64,000 nt of DNA. Source: Marsupella aquatica (taxonomy: Eukaryota; Plantae; Marchantiophyta). The position numbers were made by a program, and so were the translations under genes. Positions 11,593-23,233 of the stretch are shown here, piece after piece; positions within the stretch are counted from its first letter, which is position 1; every line of letters starts with the position of its first letter. The DNA lies in NCBI GenBank assembly GCA_973895155.1, contig OZ316894.1, forward strand, positions 22,291,867 through 22,355,866, written 5' to 3'. Below the pieces are notes generated by a model, which was given only the letters and a program-made list of their open reading frames with translations, was not told the DNA's origin and searched no databases.

Positions 11593-13905
11593 TTAAGGCA
11601 AGATGTCAGGGCCCAACTGAATGCTGATGGTTATTTTGTCTAGAATTTTTGGATCACCTCTAGCTATACCAAAGAACTATAATTGATACAAAATGGAAAA
11701 AAACTAAGTACAAAGAAGGGACAGCAAAAGAGGTACAAAGAGGGCAAACACCAAACAAGAGAAAAGGTAAATGCAACCCTGCAAACGGAGAAAGAAGTGG
11801 TCCAAACATTACTAACTTAGGCTTCTAAATTCAAGGGATTTGGATTTTTTGACATTCAATTCAAAAGATCTTTGGTCTGGAGTCTATATTTAGAACAAGA
11901 AGTGACCATACAGTTTCGTTCAATGGTGAGCAAAAGTCACAGGTGCCTGGCACACATCTTGTAAAGCCACCCTTAGATAATAAAGAGAGCCCACTAGCCC
12001 AGTCAGTGGACTTGAAAATCTATGTATTTGGCATGATCTGAGAAATTAAGTCAGCATCTCTTCCGGGCGGCAACTCCTTAGTTATTCATGTCAGGTTGAT
12101 GTCTTGGATGGGCCATTCATCCAATTAAAGAATAGTTTTGTCCTAGGTACCCAACTCTCGTATGATAGGAGGGGTCTAGATTTGTACATGAACTAAAAAG
12201 TTGGCTGTACTAAAAAGTAATATTTTTAGAAAGCTGGGTTTTCCACTCTTAAAATTTATGAGTCATAAATGAAGTCCTACTTGGCAAGCAGTGAGCCCAA
12301 ATAAATCCAGAATGATGTGAAGCGTTTATCATGTCTAGAATTTTAGACCACCTCCACCTATGGTCCAAACATTTCAAAACTTGGGCTCCTTGTGCATGTA
12401 TTGAACTTTTGTCATTTCAAAAGACTTTAGGTGTGGAGTGTATCTTTAGAAAGTGAGTGAACATAAAATCACCAAAAAGAGGGCCAGAAAGTAATACGAA
12501 TTTTGACATTTTGTCTTAAAAGAAATACTAGTACTTGTTAGAATTGATGTACAAATCCCCTAACCAGTGGTAACTAGCCACATTGCATGGGGTAAACAAA
12601 GAGTAATGGATGTAAACCAGCGAGTGTAAGTGATGCAAGCTAGCACTTTACATAACAGAAGTAAATACTACCACAGCACAAGGAGCCGGGAGAATCCATA
12701 AGCGCAAGAAAACAACCCAATCTAGTCATGGGAGGCATAGTGGAATCCAGTGAACAGCTTTCGGCCTAAATCTAGATCCAATGACTACTTACAGTTTTGA
12801 CCCCAGGCAGACCTCCACAAAAGCAGTTCAAAACTGACTGCCTGTTTTGATCTCATTGACACTATTGAAATGAACCTAAGTGTGGTCAATCCTGGGCCCA
12901 TTATGATGTCTAGTTTTCTCAGTCACAATTAGAGCCGAGCTCCCATATCAATCACCGAGTCATCATTACACGTGGGGCGATTCAAAGGCTCCATTTCATG
13001 TGTTATGACCTCAAACGAGCGTGATAGGTTCTTCTAGGTTCTTCGGGGAAGGTGAAGACATCAGCGTCCACAAGAAGCAAATCTTAGGTTGTACACATTT
13101 TGACTTCTTGCTCTGCGTTTGTCAACAAAGGCGTCCAAACTTTGAAGAACTAGCGTTAAGATTGCCTTTCAATCTGCATCTGGAGGCAATCTGTGGGTAG
13201 ACACGAAGTCATGAGTATAATGGACATTCATACTCAATTTTCGACCCTACTTCCAAAAACCCTTATTCGCAGTCTCATGGGTTTCCCCACATGTCCTCCT
13301 AAATCATTGGACACTACCCTTGACGAAAGTCCGTGCTCGACTCGTGTTATGTTTTGCATAATTTTCAAAAGTTTTGGGATTAGAACGTTAAAAGGAGGCG
13401 TCACATAGAATCTGGTGGTATGACATTTGCCACCCTCGACAATTTCAGGAATTCTTGCTTCCAGAGATCAGTTCATTTCGCAAATCTTTAGTTTGCTCGT
13501 GCATTTATTCATATTTGCCACTACAGGCCATCATAGAGCATTTCCACCCCTGGGACACAGACTCTCAATTTGAGCCCGTACTACAATGAACAATGTTTTG
13601 TCACACTCACGCGTGTCCTTTACGGGAGCCAGACTACACACATCGCTACGCATCAAAATAATCTCACTGAGAGAAGCCTTGGATGTATTCCAGAACTGTT
13701 TGTCACTTATACAGCATCCTCAAGGGTTTTTGAGGTGAGCATCGCTGCTAAACAAAGGATAATAAGAACATATCCATGAAAGTCTCAAGATATGTACAAT
13801 GGTATACATAAGTTACAAAGGGGCTCTAAGTTTGTACCTCAGTTAACGTCCTTCCCCACAAGTCGAGCGCAAGTATTAAAATATCCAACAAAAATATCAC
13901 CAAAT

Positions 13906-16392
13906 TTAATCTGTGCCTGCAAAAAATGGTCTCCTGGCAATTTCCCATTCTGTCGAGTTCCTAGTCTTCGTCTTGTACCTTCGATAAATCTTCCTACCAA
14001 TCATATCCTCTTCAAATTTGTCACCAACAAAAAATGTATTAACAGCCCCTGGAAAGAAATTTGATACTGCAAGGACCCAGTTGAGAGGTAACCATGCCAT
14101 GAATATGTATTTTGCTGCTACTATAGCTCCGAGTATACCGAAAACGAAGCCCCCATACGGATACAGAGTGAAGACCTTGGGAGAGATTGGCAGTTCCATT
14201 GTTGCCACAGATGTCGATGTTGATTCTCTGCATAGATCAAGAAAAAAACAGGACTCTTCAGGTGGTAGAAGGAATAGCAATGACGTAACACTATCTCTGG
14301 AGTGATAAGTGTGACTTTTCTTGGTTAGGACACTGCTTCTGGCTGACAAATCCACATCATCATGATCTTCAGCTCATCTACTAACATCTAAACATCTCAA
14401 GGATCTAAGCAGGTGGGGCTCTCCATCAATGTTACAACACCAGAGATTGAACATTCTATGGAAAAACTCGAAAAAATCCCAAATTGGGGTCAAAAGTAGA
14501 TAGGGCAACGGGCTTCAAAGATTCACATTACCTCAAGTCGTTAAACTCATTAAATGGGGATACCACCCCACTTTGTCCCCAAGACGAACATCGCAGAAGT
14601 GTGAAGCCATTTTCAACTGCTCGAAATGCATCAGCTTTAAACTGATAATTTGCCATCGGTCCCCATGTCCAGCTGGGTTGAATCATGATGTCCACCCTGT
14701 GCAGTCACGAAAGAGATATAAGACAAACTTCGAAAGAAATTTCTGCAGATCTGGATAGAGAAGATTCTTATCGTCATTAGAATTTCTTCGCTTATATTTC
14801 CTTTCTGTGAGTAAATGAAGGATGAAAAAATTATGTGCAACGTTTAGCTTTTGTCTTGGTCACATACCAACCAAGGATGAAGGTTCCCAATTTAACAAGT
14901 TTTACAAGGCATGAAGTGGTGTTGCTGAGAAGCCCTTTGAAATTCTCTTTAAGATTGTGCAGTACATACAAAATCAAGAACAGAGAGAGACGTTAAGAAC
15001 TGACCCCAGGTATGATGCTTGTTTCAGCAATCTGGGGAACTGGTAGTCAAAGCAAATGGCCGCACTAACGGTTCCAAAGGGAGTATCCACAGCTTTCAAT
15101 TCACCAGGGCCTGCAATGGTTTCCATCTCCACAAATGGCACTGGGTTTGTCTTCTCATACCGAAATCCAACTGATCCGTCCGGTAGCATGAACGTAAAAA
15201 CATTGAATTGTGAAGCAACTTGCCCTACCTTCATTCCATCTAGTACCTTGGCGTAAGACAAGCCCAAGTACGGTCCATGGTCAAGTGCAACAAATTCCTT
15301 ATCACTTTTCAGATTAAGTTCCTCCCTCTTCACCTGCTCCAACAAAAGTAGCTGCCGAGCCCTGGAAATAAGTTCATCCTCACCTTTCTGCCCATAAACT
15401 ATTGTGGCTGTTTCAGACCAGACAATAAACGCATCTCCAGCCTTTGCTCGGTCTGAAGTTGCATTCCATAGGAACTCACTGGTGAGACGCTCCGTGTCCG
15501 CGACATAGCTGGGCTGCCTCAGAATACAAGACGCTGGTACGGTGGGTTTGATTGTATCGTTGATCCCTTTCTCGAAAAAGCTGCCAGAGAAAAACACCAC
15601 TTTAGCTCCTGAAATCAATAGCGAGAGGATCAGGATTGCGCTCCAGATTTTTACGAGCCTGTCATGAGTCTGGACCTTCTTTGCAAACTCCTTGGTGGTC
15701 AATTTCTGACCAAGCCTTCGGGATCCTTCTCCGTACGAATCGCTATCACTATCAGCTTCCATGTCATCAACAAGATTAGCACCAGCTGCTGTTACAGTCC
15801 ATGAACTTTCACCAGCTTCCTGTCTCAATTGCAGGCGCTGGTGCAGAAGGGCAGCGGTCCATGCCATGAAAAACACTATACCATCAACGCCCAAGCGAGC
15901 TACCGTGAGCACAATGGGCTGAATGCCGTGCTGTGTGTAGGCAGGATTTCCGGTTGTTCCAATCGGCGACAAGGTGGCTGAAGTATGCCACATCGTCATC
16001 CAAACAACTGGGAAAGCAAACGGATGGGATAGAACGGCCGCTGGGAACCGCTGCTCGTAGTAAACAGTTGTCACAAAAACAAGGAGAAGAACGATCCAAG
16101 CGAGCAAGCTCACGGAGCCTACTGTCAACAGTCCGGTCCAGGTGAAGTAGGGATCGTTCAACTCAGCTGCGTAAGCAATTGTGTAGCCCAGGGTTTGCGT
16201 CACGAGAACAAGCAGCAAAAGGCCAAGAAATTCGCTCAGCTTCCGCTCCAGAACTTTGGCATGGTGCAGAAACTGGAGGAGAAGCAGAGGCTGGAGCCAT
16301 TCCAGGATAACAATAGATTGTAACCCTGCGAAGGCCGAGCACACTCCTGACCCGAGTAACAGAAAGTAAACCTTCCAGCTGACGTCCTCCAT
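13906..16392 (-). CDS. Apolipoprotein N-acyltransferase (Lnt)-like membrane carbon-nitrogen hydrolase, 624 aa; exons 16392-15005, 14696-14532, 14227-13906
   Basis: Multi-TM N-terminus with LSPIGTTGNPAYTQ and ARLGVDGIVFFMAW. Nitrilase-fold triad motifs IVWSET, YEKTNPVPFVE and AAICFDYQFP. Exon 2 reads VDIMIQPSWTWG...FRAVENGFTLLRCSSWGQSGVV and exon 3 reads LPISPKVFTLYPYGGFVF plus a TM segment. Two GT-AG phase-2 introns join in frame. Confidence 0.9.
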
Positions 16393-17169
16393 CTCTGTTT
16401 ATCTTTCTGCTCTTTCTCTCTCGTCGAATGGGGACGGCAGAGGCTACACAAAGATAGCAGACTGCTTCTCCGTAACTTACCCCAATTGGGGTTGGAATAA
16501 ACTCGAACCCAATTCCATTCAGTTTTCTCGCTCTCTCACATAGGATTCGCCTCCCTACAAAACCTTAATCGCGTACAAAAAGAGGCGGCAGGCAACAAAA
16601 TCACAAAGAATTCGCCTCCCTACAGATGTTCAAACCCCAGACCCACCTCCACGAAGGGCTCTTGCAGTTTGATCCCAAGGGAAATCTCAAATCTGCCTCA
16701 CAACTCCCGAGTCTCTTGTTTGTCCATTTCAGATGTCTTCCATCAGCATTTCCGCTCTCCGGAGCACAATCATGAATGGCAACAGTTCTCTGTGTGATAA
16801 TCCGAGTGCTCAATTGCTGGGCAGAAACTCGGAATGCAGACCTGGTCGTGGGGAAGAGCTCTACAGTAATGTACTGTGCATCTTGTAGCAAATGGCTCCT
16901 CTTTTTCCAGGCTCAAGCCTTTAGAAGGACCCACATATTTGACCGGATCACGCCATGGCACAATCTGCCCTTGCCGGATGGGGAATCGTTGGACGAGAAG
17001 GGTTGCGTTGCGAGTTTTGCTCGTCAATCAATCATGAGACTGGGCCAGAGGATAGAGGAAGGAATTGCACAGAGGTCAGTTGACTTCGAGGTTCTGTCTC
17101 ACTGATCTCGTGAAACTCTGGAGTATAATTGGTTTTTAGGGGGGTGTTACCAAATTACCTGTAAAATGT

Positions 17170-17736
17170 TTTTTACTACCTAGTCCCCCAAACTGATCCT
17201 TGTTCTCAATCTCTGCTCCTCAAAGTATTTTAATTAGTGTGCTGACCTCCATTTTGTGTATGGGTTACTTAACCTAAATTCAGGTCATTTTGTACTAATT
17301 GTCTGCCACATGGCAAGATGCTATTGGCCCCGGAATGTGAGAAATCAAGCCCACCCAGGTTTGTTCTTTCAAACAGGATTTAGGGGAAGGACCTCAACGT
17401 GAACAAGGAGGGGGCAGCCCTGAGTGTCACCAGGCCAAAACAGGAGGGCCGGGAGGAAGCCGGAGTAGGGCCAGGACTTGCGCAATGTGAGGGAGCTGGC
17501 CCAGTTCTCCCACATTTGTCAAAATTGGAATGAGGCTAGGTTCTGGTATTACTGGATGGGGTTTGGCAGGGCAAATAGTGCCTTGCCACATGGCAGAAAA
17601 CCAATGCACAATGCCCTTGGGCTAAGTATAAGAGTAAAAGTAACCCGTATGCAAAAGGGGGGTCAATCTAGTGATTAAAATAATTTGGGGATAGTTGAAA
17701 ATAAAAAGTGACTTTGGGGGATAGGTTAGCACAAAA
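17170..17736. mobile_element. MITE with long imperfect TIRs (about 160 bp), Mutator-derived type
   Basis: Left arm ...TAGTCCCCCAAAC...ATGGGTTACTT...TGCCACATGGCAAG..CTATTGGCCC mirrors right arm GGGCAAATAG..CTTGCCACATGGCA...AAGTAACCCGTAT...TTTGGGGGATAG. TSD not resolved. Confidence 0.7.
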
Positions 17737-18850
17737 GGGTTGCTTAAGTCCATAGAGGTATGACTTTGTGGTAGCTCACTTGAGTAGAGGCTTATAGATC
17801 TTGGGTTAAACTATTGCATTAAAGAAAAAGAAAAAAATGGTTAAAACTAGGTACATTCAGTAGTTCAAAGGAATGGAGAAGCTCACAGGTAACTGCTTGC
17901 TACAATTTTTAGTGTTTGAAACCTAAACGTTAATTAGCTTTTGAAGTACCAACTTGCACGACCATAAATGTAGGTTGCAACTATACAAGCCTTGCATAAT
18001 AGTGCTTTCCTTTCCTTTTCTCCAGCGCCCTGATTGGAGTGAGGCTAAAAATTAATCTTACTATAAAAGCGTGAATTGAAGTATACTCTTAATTAAGTGT
18101 CTACTGTAGGTCTAGAGTAAATTCTCTAGACAGTAACTCACAATACAAACAAAACTGATTAGGTCAAAATTTTAAATGAGGATGGACAAAATTGACATTG
18201 ACTCTAAGTAAAGACAAAACTGAAATGAGTATGGACAAAAAACAAAGATGAGTCAAAGACTTACCAAAATAGCATATAAATTGTATTGTGCTTCATATCT
18301 ATTTATGTTCAAGTACCGGGTCAATGGGGCTAGTAACCAAAAAATCTGCATGGAAGTTTCTTATTAAATTAGGTGAATTTTCCCCTCAAATCAGTATATA
18401 TCGAATTTGCATAATTAGAAGTTGCTTAACCCCCACAAAACTGGTTCTATTCCTACAGAGCTAAGTTTTTCCTGTTGTGAAGTCCAAGGACCTCTAGGAG
18501 GCCAAAACACAATTTCACCTTGATGTGGAACACCCTAGTTGATGTCAATGTCAAAGAATAACTCAACTAGAATTGAAATCCTGGTGAAATCATCTAATTT
18601 CAGCCACTTTACTTATAACTCTAGTGGGCCAAGGGAAATAATAGTTATTTGATGTAGATTCTATAGGAGCAATTGACAACTAGTCAGATGCCAAAATGAA
18701 GCTAATCATGCTTAATATGCACTTAATATTGAATTATACTGAGTGATGTCAAGTGGAAGTCAAAATTGAGAAGAACAATGTTTCACAGATGCTTGTATTC
18801 AAAAGATTGGAATTGCTTTCTATACTCCAGCTTTTTGCCAAGTATAGTTA

Positions 18851-19170
18851 CCCAAAAATGTTCAGTTCCTGATAATCATTGGTTAGCAAGCAATGTATAC
18901 CCAAATGAATGTTCATGCTAAATTGTGAGTCAGCAGACTAAGCTATTTTGATGGGTAGATAATTACTCCCGGCCTCTGTACAAAGTATCCTGTTTCCTAG
19001 AATGGCAAATTTCCCACCTACAACTACCAATACTTCCCAACAATGTTCAGTTCCAGAAAATCATTGTTTGGAAGCAATAATTACCCAATGCTCATATTAA
19101 GTTGGGTCCGAGCAGCAAACTAACTAAGCCTACTTTGATGGGTACATTGTTTCTCTCTGCTTTGATCTGT
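18851..19170 (+). repeat. Diverged tandem duplication (about 185-bp period) downstream of the GT47 gene
   Basis: CCCAA.AATGTTCAGTTCC.GA.AATCATTG...AAGCAAT...TACCCAA...CTAAGC...TTTGATGGGTA starts near 18851 and again near 19036. Confidence 0.75.
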
Positions 19171-19217
19171 ACATGAAATAATATACCTGGAAGCAATTTC
19201 TAGTCTAATAATGATGA

Positions 19218-21198
19218 CTATGAAGTAAAGTCTTGGTCTAATGGAGGTCTGAGGGTGAATCTGCGCAACCACAAATCATACATTATCATGTGGAATGTAT
19301 CGTAGTCTTGCGGAGGAGAGTTCCATGTGAAGAGACGGCGCACAATGCCCACGTTTCGATGCAGCGTCTCGTACCTCTCGTCCGAGATGGACTTCAGGAT
19401 GGTCTTCAGAGCGCCCACTTGCGATTCTTCCACAATCACTGCGAACTCCTTCCAATCCAAGATGTCACTGAAAGGGAGATCGAACTGGTCCGCCAAAATC
19501 ACAGGTACGCATCCGAACAAGATCGCATCCCCCATTCGAGCCGTGTGGACCTGCAATGAATTTGTCCACGCTCATCATCATCAGATCACTCCCCAGAATT
19601 TTAAGCTTGTGGAATTCCTGGTTGTGAATTCTCAGCAACTATCCGGAAGGAGGCGTAATTGCATGCAAAGCCACGAAATCACAAAACCTCACAATCATGC
19701 AGCTTCACAATTGTTAAGTTTGAATGGGTCTCTTTTGTTCAGTTGCATTCCCACTCAAATTTCGAGTTCAAGATTCCTCGATCATCCCTTCATTCCAGAC
19801 AGAGCATGGTAACTATGTCTGCGACTTGAGAACCAGAGCCGTAGGAGATTCGCAATAAAATCATGCAACGCGTGAGCACTCGTTGCAAGTTGAGAATCAG
19901 GTTATCAGGAATGATGAGGGTTTCTCTGCCTGGCATGATCCTGTTCAGCTTGGTCGAGCTAGTCCGTCAATTCCAGCAGAGAATTTATTAATGATGTCCA
20001 ATTAATTCAAGAAGCAAAAGTCGGGATTTGCAGCACGGCAGTTACTTGCCTGGTATCCTTTAACATGAAGGCAATACTTCGCCTTCCGGAAATTGGCGAA
20101 GTAGTCTTCCCCCTTCACTTTCTGATTCAACACTCGGCCTCCTCCGAGTAAAATCTCGTCGTCGTCCGACCACGTCTCCCATAGAACTTTCCGCACTGCG
20201 GAGTTCTGAGATCCGGCCCAAAACGCCAGAATCTTACTAGCTTTCCTGCACAATCATGTGCATCCAGGCAAATTAATACTTTCACGAAGCTATCTAGACC
20301 AATGTACAATTTGTAAGTGAGTACCCAGTACGTCGGACCACAAGCGATTGCTCTCGAGAGCCGCTCTCGAACACAGATTAATTAATTTAGTCTGTACTCA
20401 CCGCTCTGCTGCGGAGAGGCCTCCTGGTTCGTGGCCGTAGCGAGGCCAGATTTGCGGGAACGAGAAGTCCTTCGTGGGGATGTAGTTTCGCTTCCAGCGG
20501 CTGGCAGGGCAGATAATCTGAATCGCTGACCCGCTGAGATGCGGAGTTTTCACTGCAGCGTCCACGCCAATGTCATGGCAAGTGAAGTAGAAATGATCAG
20601 CTCCACCGGTCCGATTCCAGTATGGCCACTTCTGTCTCACTGTCTCCTCCATGTACTCTCTCACGAACGGGGACACCGAGGTCGGCCCGATCGCCATCCG
20701 CAGGCCCAAAACCGAGAACGGAAGCGCGAAGAAGTGCCCCTCGTTGGGATCATCCGTGCGGAACTCCGACTCATGCAAGTTTCGGAAGAGGTAGGGCTCG
20801 CTCGCATAGCTTCCGTATGGGAGTCGAGCCTCTTTCGGCGCACCATGCCCAAACTTGCCCTTGGAGTCGTTGGCGGGGTGAGGGTAGATGTATATCTTGA
20901 GGTTCTCCTTCATGTCGGCATAGTCTGCTGCGAACACCTCCCGCGAATGGAAGAGGGGCTCGCTCATCCATTTCGGTGCTGTAACATTCGTCGAGGTAGT
21001 CAGGTGAGACGAATTCGAAGCCTTGCGCGACTGAACACGCAGCGCTGCTGATGATGATACTTCTGTACTTCCAACGATCAAAAGGATTGATGCAAGGTAA
21101 ATTGGGACAGCTACCATAGACAGAAGACTAGGTAGCACATGAAGTGCTGGTGATGACGGACGAATCAGCCTCACTCTGCTTTGATTCCGTAAAGCCAT
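19218..21198 (-). CDS. Exostosin-family glycosyltransferase (CAZy GT47), 441 aa; exons 21198-20402, 20245-20050, 19550-19218
   Basis: N-terminal TM anchor. Motifs LKIYIY, YASEPYLFRNL, WPYWNRTGGADHF, LAFWAG, KAKYCLHVKGY, ARMGDAILFGCVPVILADQFDLPFSDILDW and YDTFHMIMYDLWLRR. Splice phases are consistent. Intron 2 has a GC donor. Confidence 0.95.
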
Positions 21199-22542
21199 TT
21201 CGGGCTAGGTACGTCGCACAGATCGTGTCTGTTATATTTCGAACATGCTTAATTCAAGCTCATCCTAGGAATAAATTCGGCTCGTCATACCGTAGCTAGA
21301 GGTCTGATTCTTGAGAAGCTGACGTTAGAACCAGAATTGGCTTCGTTCCATCCGTCTACAGCCTGCTCGTTGAATCGATTTTGAGCCGGAGAGGGCTACA
21401 GAGTTGAGTGGATCCCGAGGTAAACATGAAGTCCGGCCTCGATTTCATGCATCGAAAGCAATACCAGAGCACTAGTGTCGGAGTCAGAGGGCTGTGTGAC
21501 AGGATGTTGACGGAATAAACACCATGAGATCGAATAAGCATGATTATTTATGCTTTAGAAAACTGGCTCTGATTCTCAGCTCTCCTGTACATCGAGCGAA
21601 AAGTACGGTAGTGGCACCTAATTATAGCTCGGTTCTTCTTGGATCCCGGGAGATCGAGTCCATCGAAGTGAGATTTCATGATAAATCTTCATTCAAGAGT
21701 GGACCAGAAGTCCTCCACTCGATCACACAACGAGTCAATTCAAGGCATGTGGCCCGAAAGACGAGGGCTGCCAATCTGCATGTCTTTGTAGCGTCCTCAC
21801 TCCATTGAAAACACACAATTCACACAAAGCTTCGAAAGAGAACATTACAGTTCGTACTATAACTGGTACATTATGATTAACAGTACGCATCGTGACCGTT
21901 TCTCCACTGAGCACTAGGCAATCCGACATCACACCATGTCACACCAGGTCAACGAGGGGAGGGAGCAATCACGAGACATGGAGTGCTGGGTCTTGGAGAT
22001 CGAGTTCCATTAGGCCTGGCTGGGATCAACCACGCAACCAAGTGAACACAGATCTCATCCAGAGCACTGGCCACCTCACACGGACACCAAGAAAAGACTC
22101 GAGGCCACGTCCCGATAAATATACATGCGACGATCCAAAAGCTTTTGTCTGATCGAATATCAGAATTCGAGTCATATTTTAAACGACGAAAGCTCGGCAA
22201 AGGAATCTCCGTAATTGGACCCCACATTCAAAGCTCCGGACGACCAGCAGGGCCCTCCAAATTGGATTGTGCATGGCTGGCTCGAGTTTTTCTTGGTTGT
22301 TTCCCACCAGACCTCAAAGAACTCATATTACTATTGAATGGACTTGTCGTCGCTTGAACGGTATTTATTTTTATGAGCAAGCCAGGCACAAAATCGCCTT
22401 TTTGCCTCGCTTTTTGCCCAATTCTCGGGACAAGCGATGGTTCGGATCGATCTGCTTTCTCCAAAATAACCATGAGCCAAAGCGATGGAAGCAAACTAGC
22501 AAAGTACTATGATAGAGATCATTCCTGTGGCCAAAGAACAAA

Positions 22543-23030
22543 TTATTAAAACCCATGCCAGGATTGGAGGACGAAAAGCAGTGCCGCCGTCTACAGCAGA
22601 TCGCCGCCGTCTATAGCAGATAACTTCATGGACACCCGGGAGGAGTGGAGGACCGGTGCTGAAGAAATAAGTTATTCAGTAAGTACATCATAGATAGATA
22701 CAGGTTTTGTCATGGCTAGTGGTGGTTAAAAATATTATAAAATGGTTTTTAAATAGAACTCTACTGACTCTAGGTTCAAGACCGTCACCATGATTGAACC
22801 ATCGTAAGCACTCTCTTGAATCTTGATTCTAAAGATTCGACGCAAAAGAAGAGTCAGTGAGACTTCGATGGCCATCGTTGACAAAACGATAGAATCACGT
22901 TTCTTCAGCACCGGTCCTCCACTCCTCCCGGGTGTCCATGAAGTGTTCAAGCTACAATTTGTTTTCTTATGATCTGCTGTAGACGGCGGCACCGCTTTTC
23001 GTCCTCTAATCCTGACATGGGTTTTAATAA
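22543..23030. repeat. Long inverted repeat (arms 22543-22668 and 22900-23030) around a spacer of about 230 bp
   Basis: TTATTAAAACCCATG...GACGAAAAGC.GTGCCGCCGTCTACAGCAGATC...ACTTCATGGACACCCGGGAGGAGTGGAGGACCGGTGCTGAAGAAA is matched by its near-exact reverse complement. Confidence 0.92.
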
Positions 23031-23233
23031 GTACATCATACATAAATAAACACAGTAGAGGAGAGGAGTAAGTGAAACATGGAAAAAGGAGGGAAATCTT
23101 GAACACTTCCCCTTATAATTATATGGCTAGTGGTGGTCTAAAGGTGGCGGAAGTGCTCCAAAGTCTCTAATTAATGCAGTGCCTAAGAGCACTCCCACCA
23201 GACAACCGAGTTGGCTCCAGAAGCACTTGGTGG

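Noticed and set aside
13906-16392. Bacterial contamination as the explanation for the Lnt-like gene
   Set aside because: It has two in-frame GT-AG spliceosomal introns and is embedded among plant genes and plant TEs.
20539-21051. 170-aa plus-strand ORF, and similar ORFs opposite the GT47 and Lnt-like exons
   Set aside because: Antisense shadows of real coding exons.
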